A stretch of DNA of 64,000 nucleotides, from positions 5,022,001 to 5,086,000 of the forward strand of contig NC_134028.1 in assembly GCF_964204645.1 (NCBI RefSeq), in the 5' to 3' direction. The stretch comes from Tubulanus polymorphus (lineage: Eukaryota; Animalia; Nemertea). The translations under genes were made by a program, and so were the position numbers. The notes below the pieces were generated by a model. That model was not told the DNA's origin, made no database searches, and saw only the letters and a list, made by a program, of their open reading frames with translations. Position 1 is the stretch's first letter, and the number at the start of each line of letters is the position of its first letter. Positions 1-13,188 of this stretch are shown here, one piece after another.

Positions 1-313
1 TTCAGTAATAAGATCAAGGTATAAAGAAACAGAAGAGAGAGGTAATAATGTACTACCTCCTTTTAGTAGGCCCTTGAACAACAACAGTTTTTATTAAAAA
101 TCAATTCTATTCCTGGCTTTGCCTTTGGCCTTTGTAAATGTAATTAGTACTTAAAAGTTAGGCCTATCAATATCAACCATTCATCATCATCATCATCGTC
201 AATTGACGGATCCATGGAAGGCGTTAGGCTACAGCCTATTTTTATCTGCGTCGATGTCCCACGCCACATTCAAGTTCATGTATTGATTGTTGGTTTTGTT
301 TACAGATTGAATA

Positions 314-3193
314 ATGAGTGACCGTCTGAAGGAATTGCGTGAAAGATCCCAAAAACGTCGACAGTTATTGGCATTACAGGTAGCGGTATAAGTATACTAC
401 GTTGAGTTTGTCAGGGTTCGAACGCCAAGGGGCTTGGATCAGCATAGTAGGTAGGCTAGTGCAAAAACGATAATCTGTTAATCCACAGTGTCCATAATTT
501 ATATAAAATAACAACATGTATTATAATAGACTATTATTATATACATATTGTTATATCTCTACAACTGTTATAGTTGTTATTAGATAAATTATAGACACTG
601 GATTAACTGATTATCGTTTTTACATTAATCTACAACTCTGATACGAGCCCCTGTTCAGACAGACATAAGCACCGTATTCTTTAATAATACTAGCGCCACA
701 CACTGGAAAGGTGTCCTAGGCCTAAACTGCAGCAGTTAGAATGCTAACATAAAGTATGAAACTATTCTAATCCTTTGTTTCCCTGATTGTATTTTTCGAT
801 AAAAGCATGGGGTTGCTGATGCAAATGAATTGCGTGAAGTTTTATCCAGTAAAATCGACAAACAAGAGGAGAAAACTGTGTCCAAGCAAGACTCGGAAGC
901 TTCTACGTAAGTCCGGCCTATTATCGTAACAAGTTGATTATTAATGTTTTAAAACGTTAGTGATATCCCCCTTTATATTCGAAAAGGGTTCCACCTTAGC
1001 TTAGGCCAAAATGAGTTAAATATTTTCTCGTCTGTAGCAGTGAGAGTCCACCGGCGAAGAAAAAAAGTTTAGATGATTCTGTATTTGATACCAGTACCGG
1101 TCGTAAACTAGAAATACCAACTGAGGAACCCGAAGAGGTAAGAGAATGATGTTAGAGTATCTCGGACATCGATCACTGTCGTGTATGAAGTTGAAACTTA
1201 GGTTTTTATTGTCGTCAATTTTAGGAAATAGAAGAAAGCGAAGTCTACACTGATTCTAGTGCATTTCTGAAGGTGAAATTTGGAAAGATTATTCTATTTA
1301 CTGCTTGAGTTTTTCAATTCAGATAGGATTAAATCATTTTGCTGCACATATCTCTGCAAGAGAATCAATTATTAAGCTGGCTCCTTAGAAATTGATAAAC
1401 AACAAGATAGAGTTGATGCAATCCTTCCGACTGGTGGAAATCCTACCATATATTGTACTATGATTTATTGAAATGTTATAATCTTCTATGATCATCTTAT
1501 ATCTGAATTACTTTTCTTCACAGGGAACACAGAGTGCAAACCCGCACAACGACTATTGTCAGAACTTTGTTGACACAGGAGAACGTCCGCAGAATTTTAT
1601 TCGTGATGTTGGTGAGTACCGTATATGATATAAATCAACAGTTTTGAAATATAATACTTGATTTTAGTGCATTTTGCTGGACTTCGGTTATTTTTGATAG
1701 GTTTGGCGAACAGATTTGAAGAGTATCCGAAACTTCGTGAATTGATCAGATTAAAAGATGAACTTATACAGACTACAGCCACGCCTCCGATGTATGTTAC
1801 CTGAATACCATCTTTTGTTCATCGTTCAAATAATTTACCAATCAGTAATGATAAAAAAACGTTAAATTCATGATTAATCCTTGTGTCGTATCCTATTTTT
1901 CGCTCGTCACTTTTTCAGGTATTTGAAATGTGATTTGGAAACCTACGATATGCGAGATTTGGATAGCAAATTCGATGTGATATATATCGAACCACCGTTG
2001 GAGGAATATCAGCGTACACAAGGCTGCGTTTATGACCGCTTTTGGAGCTGGGAAGAGGTAATTATCTGGTAACAATTGACAGATGTAGAGAGAGCATCTT
2101 TTACAGATTGATGTTGTATTTATTCATTTATAGATTGAGAAATTAGAGATCAGTGACGTAGCTGCTCAGAGATCATTCCTGTGGATCTGGTGTGGGTCCA
2201 GCGATGGTTTGGATTGGGGTCGACGGGTCAGTCTAGTCTATCTTGATACTTCATGCAAAGCAGTCTAATGCGCTGTTAGGTAAAATTTCTTTATTCCATT
2301 CTCTCAAATATTTTCACAGTGCTTGAAGAAATGGGGTTTCAGACGATGTGAAGATATTTGCTGGATCAAAACGAACATCAAAAATCCTGGACACAACAAA
2401 AACCTCGAACCGAAGGCTATCTTTCAACGAACGAAGGTACACATACCGACAACTTGCTTGTATTTTTAATATTCGTAGAGTAGCCGTGTTAACCAGGTTT
2501 CAAATAAGTAACGAGAGGAGTAGTACTGTATAGGTTAACTATTTATTTGACGCACGAGCTTTCGCTTCTAATGTATAGAAGCTTCATCAGGTGAATGAGT
2601 GAACCTATATAGTACTACTCGTCTCGTTACTTATTGTATTTTTAATGAATCAATGTATGGATTTTATTTATTCACTAATATCGCTGGCGTATTTTCTTGG
2701 TTATTTATAGGAACATTGTTTAATGGGTATTAAAGGTACGGTTAGACGTAGCACCGACGGAGATTTCATTCACGCTAACGTCGATATAGACTTGATCATC
2801 GATGAAGAACCGGAATACGGCAGCAAAGAGAAACCCATCGAAATCTTTCACATTATGGAACATTTTTGCCTCGGCCGGCGTCGACTTCATTTATTCGGAC
2901 GCGACTCGACGATTCGACCGGGATGGTTAACTATCGGTCCCGAGTTAACCAGTAGTAACTTCGAATCGGAAATTTATAAAGGTTACTTTAACAAGGAAGT
3001 GAACGGTTATCTGACTGGTTGTTCAGAGGAGATCGAACGACTCCGCCCGAAATCTCCGCCGCCGAAAATAAACGGACAACAATCGGGGCGCGGTGGCCGT
3101 GGACGAGGCTGGAGTGGTAGAGGCAATGCCTCACGGGGTAGAGGAGCTTCCTCTGGTGGCCGAGGTGGTGGTCACAGAGGACAAAATAGATAG
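314..3193 (+). CDS. METTL14: m6A methyltransferase non-catalytic subunit METTL14, 10 coding exons, ~441 aa
   Basis: Exons 314-379, 806-906, 1038-1137, 1225-1272, 1524-1611, 1701-1791, 1919-2057, 2134-2226, 2320-2436, 2711-3193 join in frame (1326 nt). Motifs [55 protein letters not shown] (degenerate DPPW), [42 protein letters not shown]-terminal RGG tail. Confidence 0.96.
459..625. mobile_element. Palindromic MITE in a METTL14 intron, TA-flanked
   Basis: Left GTGCAAAAACGATAATCTGTTAATCCACAGTGTCCATAATTTAT mirrors right ATAAATTATAGACACTGGATTAACTGATTATCGTTTTTACAT; TA at 457-458 and 626-627. Confidence 0.65.
2503..2635. mobile_element. Hairpin element, likely Penelope-like retroelement terminal remnant
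   Basis: ~38-bp inverted arms (AATAAGTAACGAGAGGAGTAGTACTGTATAGGTTAACT at 2503-2540; mirror at 2598-2635) enclosing a hammerhead core. Confidence 0.6.
2553..2593 (-). ncRNA. Minimal type I hammerhead ribozyme motif
   Basis: Minus strand reads CAC-CUGAUGA-A-GCUUCUA-UACAU-UAGAAGC-GAAA-GC-UC-GUG: both conserved core boxes, perfect 7-bp stem II, palindromic AGCU mini stem III, 3-bp stem I (CAC/GUG). Confidence 0.65.
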
Positions 3194-3874
3194 TAACTGT
3201 GTATAAACATTCCCCATTCATTTAAAGTTTTTGTCTCATTATGTCCATCAGAAATGTCAACTTGTTCTTCACTATTATCAAGATTTTGTACGTGTATTCC
3301 ATTTCAGTAAACAACGCATTTTCTGCATGTACATTTACATCAAAAATAAATTAACTTTTTACGAACAATCCTACATTATATCGCTTTAATTTTTTCGCCT
3401 TTGAGGCCTTTTGAGGGTTTGATCAGCCTCTTACACATTAGTCCTAGATGCAATGGAGTGATTTTGCAATGGATGATCTGACCTCCGAAAGATGTTTTAA
3501 TGTGTGGTACAGACTTCTGGAACAGCCTTCGTCTATTTTAAGACATTAACATTGTTGATTGGAAATAACCTTATTACGAAGCGAAAAAAAACACCTTTAT
3601 ATAATACACAACAGTTTATTATGGTTGGAATTCTTTACAATAGATCGGCTATCAATTAATCCAAGATGTTCACAAAATCAGAAACGCAGAAAAGAGTCAT
3701 TTAAGGAAGTGTTCTTTAGTTTCTTTCTAACTATGAAATATTCTTCGTATTAGTAATAAATGAATACACGTTCTAAATTAACAAAGCATTATGAATTAAT
3801 TCACATGACACAAACTTCTCACTGTATTGTATAAATAGTACTATTTTTTAAAACGAAACCTAATTTAAGTAAAG

Positions 3875-6800
3875 TTACACGAGTTCATCGAGGAACGGAG
3901 TCGTGGCTAAATCGCCGATCGCTGCCATTGACGCTTTTCCAGTGATTACTTTCTTAGCAATCTGAAAAATATGACGCATGATAATAAAATACACACATAG
4001 CGAGTACAGACAAAAGGAAATTCAAAATTTCGATACGATTTTTCCAGTGGTTTAAAGTATTAGTTACCCCGGTTACTTACATTGTTGATATCGGTAGATG
4101 TGAGAGAATCAATTGCTTGACTGATCTCTTCGATGGTAGTGATCTTTCCAGTTGTAATGGCTTGTACGGCCATCTCTTCAACGAGACCTGTTCCAGTTTC
4201 TATTGACATGTGTAAATTAGCCTTCAACTGATTCCTGAAAAAATATAGAATATCGATAAGATTCGAAATACGTCGTTTCTTTCGGAGCAATTCTTTCTAG
4301 ACTCGCGAGTAGTAAATTAACTTACTTTCCACGGGTGATATCCGCTTCGTCAATTCCTGATTTACTGACCGCTCTCATCTGAGCTACTAGCGCGGGTAAC
4401 ACCTGACAAAGGGAGAAACCGTCAAAGAATTAGCACATTGTAATCAATTCACATTTTTACTTTCAATGTATTTTTATCGGTAGATATAGTGAAATCCTGT
4501 CAATCCGCCTTAACATATATAAATGTATGTAAAAAAATATGCTTTTTTTAAATCCAAATTTCTCATAAACCAGATTAATTTCATCAATATGATCTGGATT
4601 AAGTAATACGATCGACTGCACCTGATGAGTTATGTGATCTCACCTTGCCCATATCTTCACCTTGTCCCGATACGATGAATCCAAACAAACCGGAATCACT
4701 GTAGTTCACATTGAAACACGAAGCCTTCAAAATAAACATAAGTTTTTGTTCAAAAACTCTTAACACAGATTTAATTCAACACAACAAATATTAAAATATT
4801 TCATACCGAAATAGGATTGTTAGTAACGGCTACAGCTGCTTGATTCAATTTCGAAGACGCCGTGTTGCTTCCGTATTTGATATGCTGTCCACATCCCAAA
4901 GCTTGCTGGACGACCCCGAGTGCCAGAGCCTCCTTCGTGTTCAACGCTGCTCCTTCCGATACGAGCGCAACGTGAGCGAATTCACTGATCGTATCAATTC
5001 TCGCTTCGCCTTTAAAAAATTTGATAATTGTACTTTTTCTATCATGAAAAAATACCGTAGACATTTTCTGCTAAGACAGGTTCAAAAATATTGACAAATC
5101 AAATCCAATTCCAGCAGGGTTCATAGAAGTAAGGCCGAGGCAAAAGTGAGCACTTTTTAAGCACTGACTCTTTGAAAGTTAAAAGTGACACTTTTCTCAA
5201 GTGACTCGTCCTTTTCAACAACGAAGAATTATTTGGGATACCATAAGTAAGCACTTTAAAAATTTCGTACAAAGTAAGCTTATTATCAAGGCCTTACTAT
5301 TTTTTTCAATATTAAGCACTTGGGGTGATTTGCTATGAATCTAGTTTGGTTTAAATTAATCACAAATGTGAGATAGTATTGGGCACTAAATCCTAAATTG
5401 CAGTTCTCTCTGCTAGTTTCGTTTGAATCAATATCATCATACCTCCTCGATATTTAGTCTTTTCAGCCGAGGAACCTCCTCCGGCGACCGGCGTGTAAAA
5501 TTCTTTCGCTCTCTCGACCAATACATCGTGATCGACGCCGACTCCGACTATGGCCATACGTCCACTTGTGAAATTATGGCTGACAAAATCTTGAAGCTTT
5601 TTCCCAAAAAGGAGAAAAAAGCATTTTTGTAAGCGAAAAACGTGAGACTCGTACGAGCTTAGAAATCATCGATAAAAGCAATAAAGAATATTGACTTACC
5701 ATTTCTGGGGAGTAATGGCCAACCATGAATGATGGAGCAAAGAGAGATCTTCCCAGGCCTGATTTGTAGGCAGCCGTGTGAAGATGTTCAATTAATTCTA
5801 CAAAATAGGTCGATGATGATGATGATGACTTACAGTTTTTGCGATAACTCGATTGCAGTAATTTCACACACAGATATAATACTTACGGGTAACGGGTTGT
5901 TCGTTGAGTACGGCTAAATCTACATTCAGTCGAGGTTGTACATCGTGCACTTCCCAGTGTTTGAACGCCGGTCCAGTGCTAGCGTGTCCCAGAAATTCAG
6001 CACCAACATCGCTGAAAAAATAAATCGATTATCCATTATCAAGACAAATTCATGAGCATTTAAATGTTTAATTCTCAAGTCAAATACATACACATGCCCT
6101 CTGAGGAATTCCATATTGTATATCATGTGATCCCTTGAAGTTGAACATCTGAAAGTCAAAAAAATTTTTTTAATTCTTTAGATCAACAAGATTCATATTC
6201 ATCAACTATCAATCACAATCATGACAGCCTCTGAATCTGAATATTTAGAAAAACTCCTTAAATCTTACCCGAAAACTCCTCCAATCTGCTGAATGTTCTT
6301 CACTAATCCGAAACTGGAGCAATTCTTTGTGCTCTGAAAAGAATAAAAAAACAAACAACAAAATGAAGGCCTGTTCTGGTGGTTGGTTCTCTTGAAGTTA
6401 TCTATCAATGATTGCTCACCAAATTTGAAGCAATTCGAATGCAGTGAGAAGCTCCTAACGCATGGTGATGCTCGTAACGCGCTCCAGCTTTATAGATCAC
6501 TGATAACCTGGTGATTGGAGAATAGTTCTCCACTGATGCTACGACTGCTCCATTCGGTAGCTGCGATACCTGCAATAAACGACAAACTGTAATATCAAAT
6601 ATTGATATCAGACTCAGATTTTTAGCTCCGCGGATGGGCTTTAAAATCATTGTAACAAAATTGTCATGAAGTTACAAAAGAATAAAATGGAAAATATTGC
6701 TTTTTTGTCGAATTGAGAATGCGACAATCACCTGGTCTAAGGGAAGGAGGTCCAGGAATATAACAACATACCTTCGCTGGCTGGGCAGATGAACTTGCCT

Positions 6801-7072
6801 CTGTTGTTTTTCTGGCCGCTTGAGCAGAAAGATTTCGCTGTAATAAAGAGAGAAACTGATAGTGACGATAAAACTAGCTAAAATGTTGACATGAACTGTC
6901 TGGCTGCTCTTCTTGATCTATCTTGACTTTTTTGCCTTGTTGGTTGAATTTGATTGAAAGAAGTTGTTGTTTTTTGGTCGAAAATTGATCATTTTTCAAA
7001 CTTTTCTCACTTTAATCTCTAAAGATGTCTTACCTTCACGTGAGATAGAATATTTCTGTTGACCGCCTTCAT
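3875..7072 (-). CDS. UQCRC2: Cytochrome b-c1 complex core subunit 2 (inactive M16 peptidase family), ~12 exons
   Basis: Basic N-terminal presequence MKAVNRNILSHVKRNLSAQAA; VSQLPNGAVVASVENYSPITRLSVIYKAGARYE...GASHCIR; LIEHLHTAAYKSGLGRSL; FTSGRMAIVGVGVDHD; FNVNYSDSGLFG; ends ASMAAIGDLATTPFLDELV-stop. Confidence 0.94.
5128..5298. repeat. Degenerate MITE-like insertion in a UQCRC2 intron
   Basis: Terminal AGTAAGGCC...GGCCTTACT with internal reiterated AGCACTTT-like motifs. Confidence 0.35.
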
Positions 7073-7375
7073 ATTTACAAGTGCTCTATCGTAGGGAAAT
7101 GTGGCCAAAAATTCTACAAATTCCAAATTATGGAACACCAACCAGGAAGAAGAAATACTCAATGTCAAGGTTGTAGTTAACACTAATTAGCGGTGAATAA
7201 GTCCTGTGAGAAATAAATTTAATTTAATTTGTATTCGTCCGTATTTCACGGATTAGGACTCAGAATTGGATTTAGGAAATTATTTATTTGTTTACTGGGA
7301 TACTTCCGGACAGTAGTGTCGAAAGTATCGAAACCTTTGATGGTGAAATAATAGATGAATGGAGGTGTTCAGTTG
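7073..7375. promoter_or_regulatory. Putative bidirectional promoter UQCRC2 / iRhom
   Basis: Head-to-head genes; ETS-type ACTTCCGG near 7302; donor GTAAGT near 7375 ends a probable non-coding first iRhom exon. Confidence 0.5.
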
Positions 7376-7762
7376 TAAGTAACCAACTCTCGCATTACTG
7401 TTCAAATTCTGTAGCAAATAACGCTAACAGCCTAATAAACTTTTTATAGGCCTTGCTTGCTTAGGGCTAGGCGCAGGGGGATAGTGTCGTGACTGCCACC
7501 ACTCAGTCGCACTGGCTGGTGTCATCCATCCTCCATCATCAAATTGTGACAAGCCCCTGGTGATCCTAATCAATAAATGCTCTGGAATACTTTCTTATTC
7601 TTTTTTACGAGTTCTACTGAAACTCCTGGAAACTTGAATCTTGATTGCCATCCCATTCCCTATAAGGCCTATAATATGTAATTATGAAATCAGAGATAAT
7701 TTCTTTTAATCTTTATTTCAAGGAAAAAAATTGAATTGAAGAGTTTTTGAAAAGATTTTGAG

Positions 7763-10700
7763 ATGTCAAACAAGCCTGATGTGGAAATGCAGCCTCTGGC
7801 AAGTGGCCCCGTATCGGCACCGGCTACGACTTCTTATACTAATGCTGGTGGAGGCAGTGATGCGATGTTTCATTCGAATCCTCAACGACAGCCACTGACA
7901 GCTCCGGTACAGCACGTTCATTCGTCAGCACAAGGACCACAGCCTAGCACCGGATCGAGACTGGCTGGACTCGGAAGGTATATATCAGACCAGCTTAGAT
8001 TCAATATTTTATAGTTCAATAATTATGACCAGTCTTAAGATTTAAGATCACTCTTTTTGGACTTAAGACTCAACTATGGAACTGGTTACTCAGTCATGAC
8101 TTGAGTCTTAAATTTTCTTGAATGGTCTTAAATCTTAAGATTGGTCTTAAGTTGTTTGATTGGTTACAGAACTTAGGGGTTTAACTCATCCTTCGTCTTG
8201 TACCTTAGCCAAGTGAAAAAAAGACAACGATAATCAATATTCTATCCATAAATCTTTTCACGCAGGACTCTTAAAAAGAGCACCGCTAACTTTTTTGGAA
8301 TCGGCGACGAAGATACGTTCAACTCGGATAAATGGGAATATCGACGCGTGAAGATGTTGAATCGCAAAACCGGAAACGTTACCGATCATCGTTTCAAGCA
8401 GCAGTCGTTATCGGCGGCTCCGTCGGTCACCGCGTCCGGCGACGTCGTCGACTTCGGGCGACAACAATCGACGATGTCGTTCCGGCGACAGACAAGGCAA
8501 GCTCCGGCGAGTAGATTGAAAAAAGATTCGTTAATCAGCATGGCAGTCGGTTCAATGGTACGGAACAAATCCTCTGGTTTTCCCCGCGATTTCACAATAA
8601 AATCAGTAAAACGAATATTTTTTTGTTATTTTTTTCAGCGACGGTCGAAGAAGCATAAGAAGAAAGACGGACCACGAAGTCGGACATTTGCTCCGTCGGA
8701 TATTACAGCAGCTGATGAGGGATTTGACCTGAGTATAGGACCGACTCCGGTCACTGCACCTGCCACAGCTACCCCTGCTAGTTTAATGGTAGGTGTCAGA
8801 CTAACACGAATAATGACGTACAACCAACACTCACAAGATGGCGCTACAAAACACTGGGTTATGCATTGTGAAAATCAGTTCATTTTCACTGAAATTTGAA
8901 CTGGATTCTTAGGCTTCCAAATCCGAAAACTACCAAACAAATCATCAAATAAAATTGCTTTCTCACTCGGTGTATGATATAGATTTCACTAAAATTTGAT
9001 TTTTTAAAGAGAAAAGTTGACTCCAATTTAATTGAAATGTAGAATAAATTGCAGCGCGGTAGAGTTGCCTGTACCCCATTATCTCACCGCTCATAGATTA
9101 GCAGACGTAGTCATACATTGTTGGATGTTGGATATTGTATATTTTAGAGGATGCCATCGATGTTAACCGAAGATTTAGAAGATGAGGTATTTTTCGATTT
9201 CTCGGCACCGATTCCACCGGCTGAACCGGAAAAACCGCCACTCGTTCACATTCCTGAAGATGATGTCATACCAGCTCAGTAAGTTAACTTACCTTGAAAA
9301 AAATACTAGGTTGAAGCATTATATCAGCATCGGTATATTCAAAGTTCACCGATAGGTATTGTTTTAAAGATTTTTAAGGTTTTTCGATTTTATCTTCAGG
9401 CCGCCTGTGCGTGCAGGATGGGGAAAACCCCGACGTCCACCGCAGCCTCTGCCGTCGACCCCCGGGGTCGATACAGTCGATGGCGGTATTGGTATGAAGC
9501 GTATACTCGATAACGTGATGGATAAAGTTCAAGATAACTCCGACAGACGGCGCTTCGGTATGGGTTTTGTCGGTAAATTGTGCGGGCGTAAGATGAAGAA
9601 AGATCCCTTAAGTAGGAAAGCTCAAAAACAGTTGGATGATATTGAAGATGAAAGGTATGTCGATGTTATTCAAAGAGTTTATTTTGATGTTTATCTGATC
9701 ACAATGTAGAACTTCCTATATTGAAAAATATGAAACTAGTCAGAAGCTAGTTCAATAGATGGGATTGTGATTAGTTAGTTTATTTTCACTTGTTTTAACT
9801 GTTCAGTCGTATTCAACTTTTTAAAATGTTTTAATGCATATGTATTCCTGTTATAACATCGATGATTTAAATCTCACTTTTTCATTTCTTTGTGCTCCTA
9901 TCAAAGGCTGCTCCAGGATCCGCCCCTGTTTATTACATAACTCACAACTTGGGCATGAGAATTTACTCGAAACTGGTTTCAAAAATTTATCAAATCCTTT
10001 TTTACCATTTCAGTTATCGGCCATACTTTACCTATTGGGTAACATTCGTGCAAATCGTCATATACATCGTCTCAGTGTCTGTGTATGGTATTGCTCCGAT
10101 CGGTTTTGAGAAATCTACGATTAAAGCCGAAGTAATTTAAACGATGATATCGATTTCCTGTTTTATTTTTTGCTATAATCGTACAATGAAATGTATCGGT
10201 AACAACTCGTATCATTCTTTTTTCAATAAGGTTCTACAAACGAGTCTCGCTATTGAACAAGTTTCATACTTCGAGAAAGATAATCTTTGGATTGGTCCAA
10301 GAGAGGTAAGTTTTCCCATGTTCGAGTAGTTTATAAATTCACCAATATCCCACTAGACCAACTGAATATTTCATATTCTGATATAATATTCAATTTATTT
10401 AACAAGTCTTAAATCTGTTACGAAATTTCTAGTTTGAAAACTTTCAAATATTTGATTCTTTTCCACACATATTGGAGCATGCATATTGATTTCATTGATT
10501 GTATTACGGTATGTGAATATTTTAAAGGCTGATTTGATACATTTGGGAGCGAAGTATTCACCGTGTATGAGACGAGATTTGAATGTTTACAATGCCTTGA
10601 ACTCTGATACGGTTAAAGAGAATAAAACTGCTTGTTGTATTCGTAATGACGGCTCTGGTTGCGTACAAAGCTCTAAGGCTGAATGTTCGGTAAGTTTAAC

Positions 10701-12870
10701 ACGGACGAGCCTTACGTTGTTACATTGACTGTATGACTAAATTGGTCTCAGACTGGTCTTAAATCTAAGCTATGACTTTGCAGCTGGCCACAGGATTTAA
10801 TTTTTAGGGGGAATTTCCTTTCTTTTGCTGTCTATGGGTTGGCGAGTTCAAATTCTTTAACAAAAGATTCTTGTCAAATTCTATGGGCCATACCACGGAT
10901 AAGTATCTTCGAGTCTGTTGCATGAAATGTCAATAAATTTTCGTTTACATAGCCGACTTTGTCGTCGTGGATGAAATGGACTGTACAGGAACCCGGCCAA
11001 GTTGATCGTGTTTCTGGTTCAGTTTGCGGTCAGGATCCGAAATATTGCTCCAAACCGATGTCTGTAACTCCGTTTAAATGGAAGGATGATATTACTAAGT
11101 GGCCTGTAAGTAGATATACATAGATATTTCAGTTTGAATTGTTACATGTACATAATTGATGCTGGATCTTGCCAGTAAGTTAGATATTACTAATGCTACA
11201 TAGTGTTTAGAAGCAACCACTTATCGAATGTTAATTAGGGAAGTTTTTTTTCTCAAATTTCTTTTAGATCTGTGAGAATACTCGGAAAGCATCAAATTCC
11301 TCGCGACACATGACATGTGAATTGTTGGGACATCCATGTTGTACAGGTATACAAGGCGAATGTATGATCACTACCAGAGAACATTGCACGTTCATCAGAG
11401 GTTATTTCCACGAGGAAGCTTTCCTCTGTTCACAGGTAATCAATAGAATTTATATAGACTGATAGTTTGTATAGCCATACGCGTTAGATGTTGTTAGCGT
11501 ATAATGATACGTCTGTGTTATGGATCAATAATATTGATCACTTGACATTTAGATCTATCAAAGGGTTACTGACTATGACATCTGATGTAATTGAGTTGAT
11601 CTCTGCTGATCAGAGGAAAGGATCCCAACAGATATTTTTCAATGAGGGGATGCTGATTTCACAAAACATGTATCCTAGAATAATATTAGGGCCTTTTCGG
11701 ATTGCTCATTTCACATGACTGATTTTCTAGCTACCCTATAATCTGGATGATCTCATGAATCAAGTTATATATTAGTATGCTGAACAACAGAGAATCATAA
11801 TATGTTGAATTATACATGTACAATAACACTTCTGTATGGCAATTTCAACTTTTCCAGGTGAAATGTTTAAAAGAGATTTGTGGAATGATACCATTTGCTA
11901 ATGCTGATTATCCAGATCAGTTTTATAGATTCTGGACATCATTGTTTCTATCAGCAGGGTAAGTTATTTCAGTCTACTGTGGAAGTGCCTGTTGCTTTAA
12001 TCAATGTTAAACCTATGAAAATTTACCGATTTTTCAGATTGTTCCATTTGTTGGTGACTATACTGTTCCAAATACTCGTAATGCGAGATTTAGAAAAGAT
12101 GGCTGGACCGATCAGAATCGGCGTCATATACATGGGTAGTGGTGTCGTAGGAAATTTAGGCAGCGCTATATTTCTTCCTTATCTTGTAGAGGTATGTTCG
12201 GCTAGTAATGAGTAAAATGCGCTTCGTTATCACTACTTGATTCACTGTAAAAATGTGTGAATTGTAACATTTTGGACCTAGAAATTTCTTCGATTCACTC
12301 AGGGAATTTTTGTTATCGCATTCAGGGAAAACACAGGAGATTTGTAAATGGGTGGAAAGTAGCCACCCTGTAAAACTGATCCTATTCGTACATCTTTGGT
12401 GTAATTTCAATTGTTTTATTTATGTATTTCAGGCAGGACCAGCTGGATGTCAGTTCGGTGTTCTAGCGTGTTTACTCGTCGAGTACGTTTCCAATTGGAA
12501 ACGTATCGAGCGGCCGTGCGCCGGAGTCGGCAAATTAATCGGCGTCATCATGGTGTTATTCATCCTCGGTTTACTTCCTTGGATAGATAATTACGCGCAT
12601 CTGTTCGGGTTTTTGTTCGGTTTATTGTTGTCGTTTCTTGTGTTGCCGTTCGTAACGATCGGCTCGCAGGACCGACGCAATCGAATCATCACGCTCGTCA
12701 TTTGTTCGTTCTCCATTCTGGCGTTGTTCGCGATGTTGATCGTGTTGTTCTACGTCGTGCCGATTTACGAGTGCAAGTTCTGCTCGTATTTCAATTGTAT
12801 TCCGTTCACAGCGACGTTCTGCGAGAACATGGGAGTCCAAATTCGACGAGTTAAAGACGACATCAAATAA
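7763..12870 (+). CDS. RHBDF: Inactive rhomboid (iRhom, RHBDF1/2-like), 13 coding exons
   Basis: Exons about 7763-7977, 8266-8557, 8639-8788, 9148-9278, 9400-9654, 10014-10131, 10231-10305, 10528-10689, 10953-11105, 11268-11435, 11858-11958, 12038-12191, 12433-12870. Long cytosolic N-terminus, [13 protein letters not shown], Cys-rich iRhom homology domain ([46 protein letters not shown]), GPAG replacing catalytic Gx[16 protein letters not shown]. Confidence 0.95.
8021..8153. repeat. Palindromic repeat (CTTAAG-rich MITE family) in an iRhom intron
   Basis: TATGACCAGTCTTAAGATTTAAGATCA mirrors TGGTCTTAAATCTTAAGATTGGTCTTA; inner TTAAGACTCAA/TTGAGTCTTAA; resembles fragments at ~10740-10790 and ~63675-63793. 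Confidence 0.6.
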
Positions 12871-13016
12871 TGACACTCTCGATTCTTAGAATATAAAATG
12901 CTTTTTATCCTCAGTCTACGTATATAGTATAAAATACTAATGAATGTTAAATATTCTGCGCCAATTCATCCTTCTTCGCGAGGAGTCAAACTCGATGCCT
13001 CAAAAATCAACCAATA

Positions 13017-13188
13017 CAGTGGAACCTCGTTATAACGAACTCGGAGACAACGATTCATCATTAGCAAATATAGAATTTCGTCCCAAGTAAGAAAATTTAA
13101 TTAATTTCATACTGGATATAACGAACTATCGGTTATAACTGAACACGTTTTCTGGTCCCGTGAAATTCCTTGTAACGAGGTTCCACTG
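13017..13188. mobile_element. Tc1/mariner (pogo/Tigger-type) MITE in the probable iRhom 3' UTR
   Basis: TIRs CAGTGGAACCTCGTTATAA / TTGTAACGAGGTTCCACTG with TA target-site duplication at 13015-13016 and 13189-13190. Confidence 0.85.
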
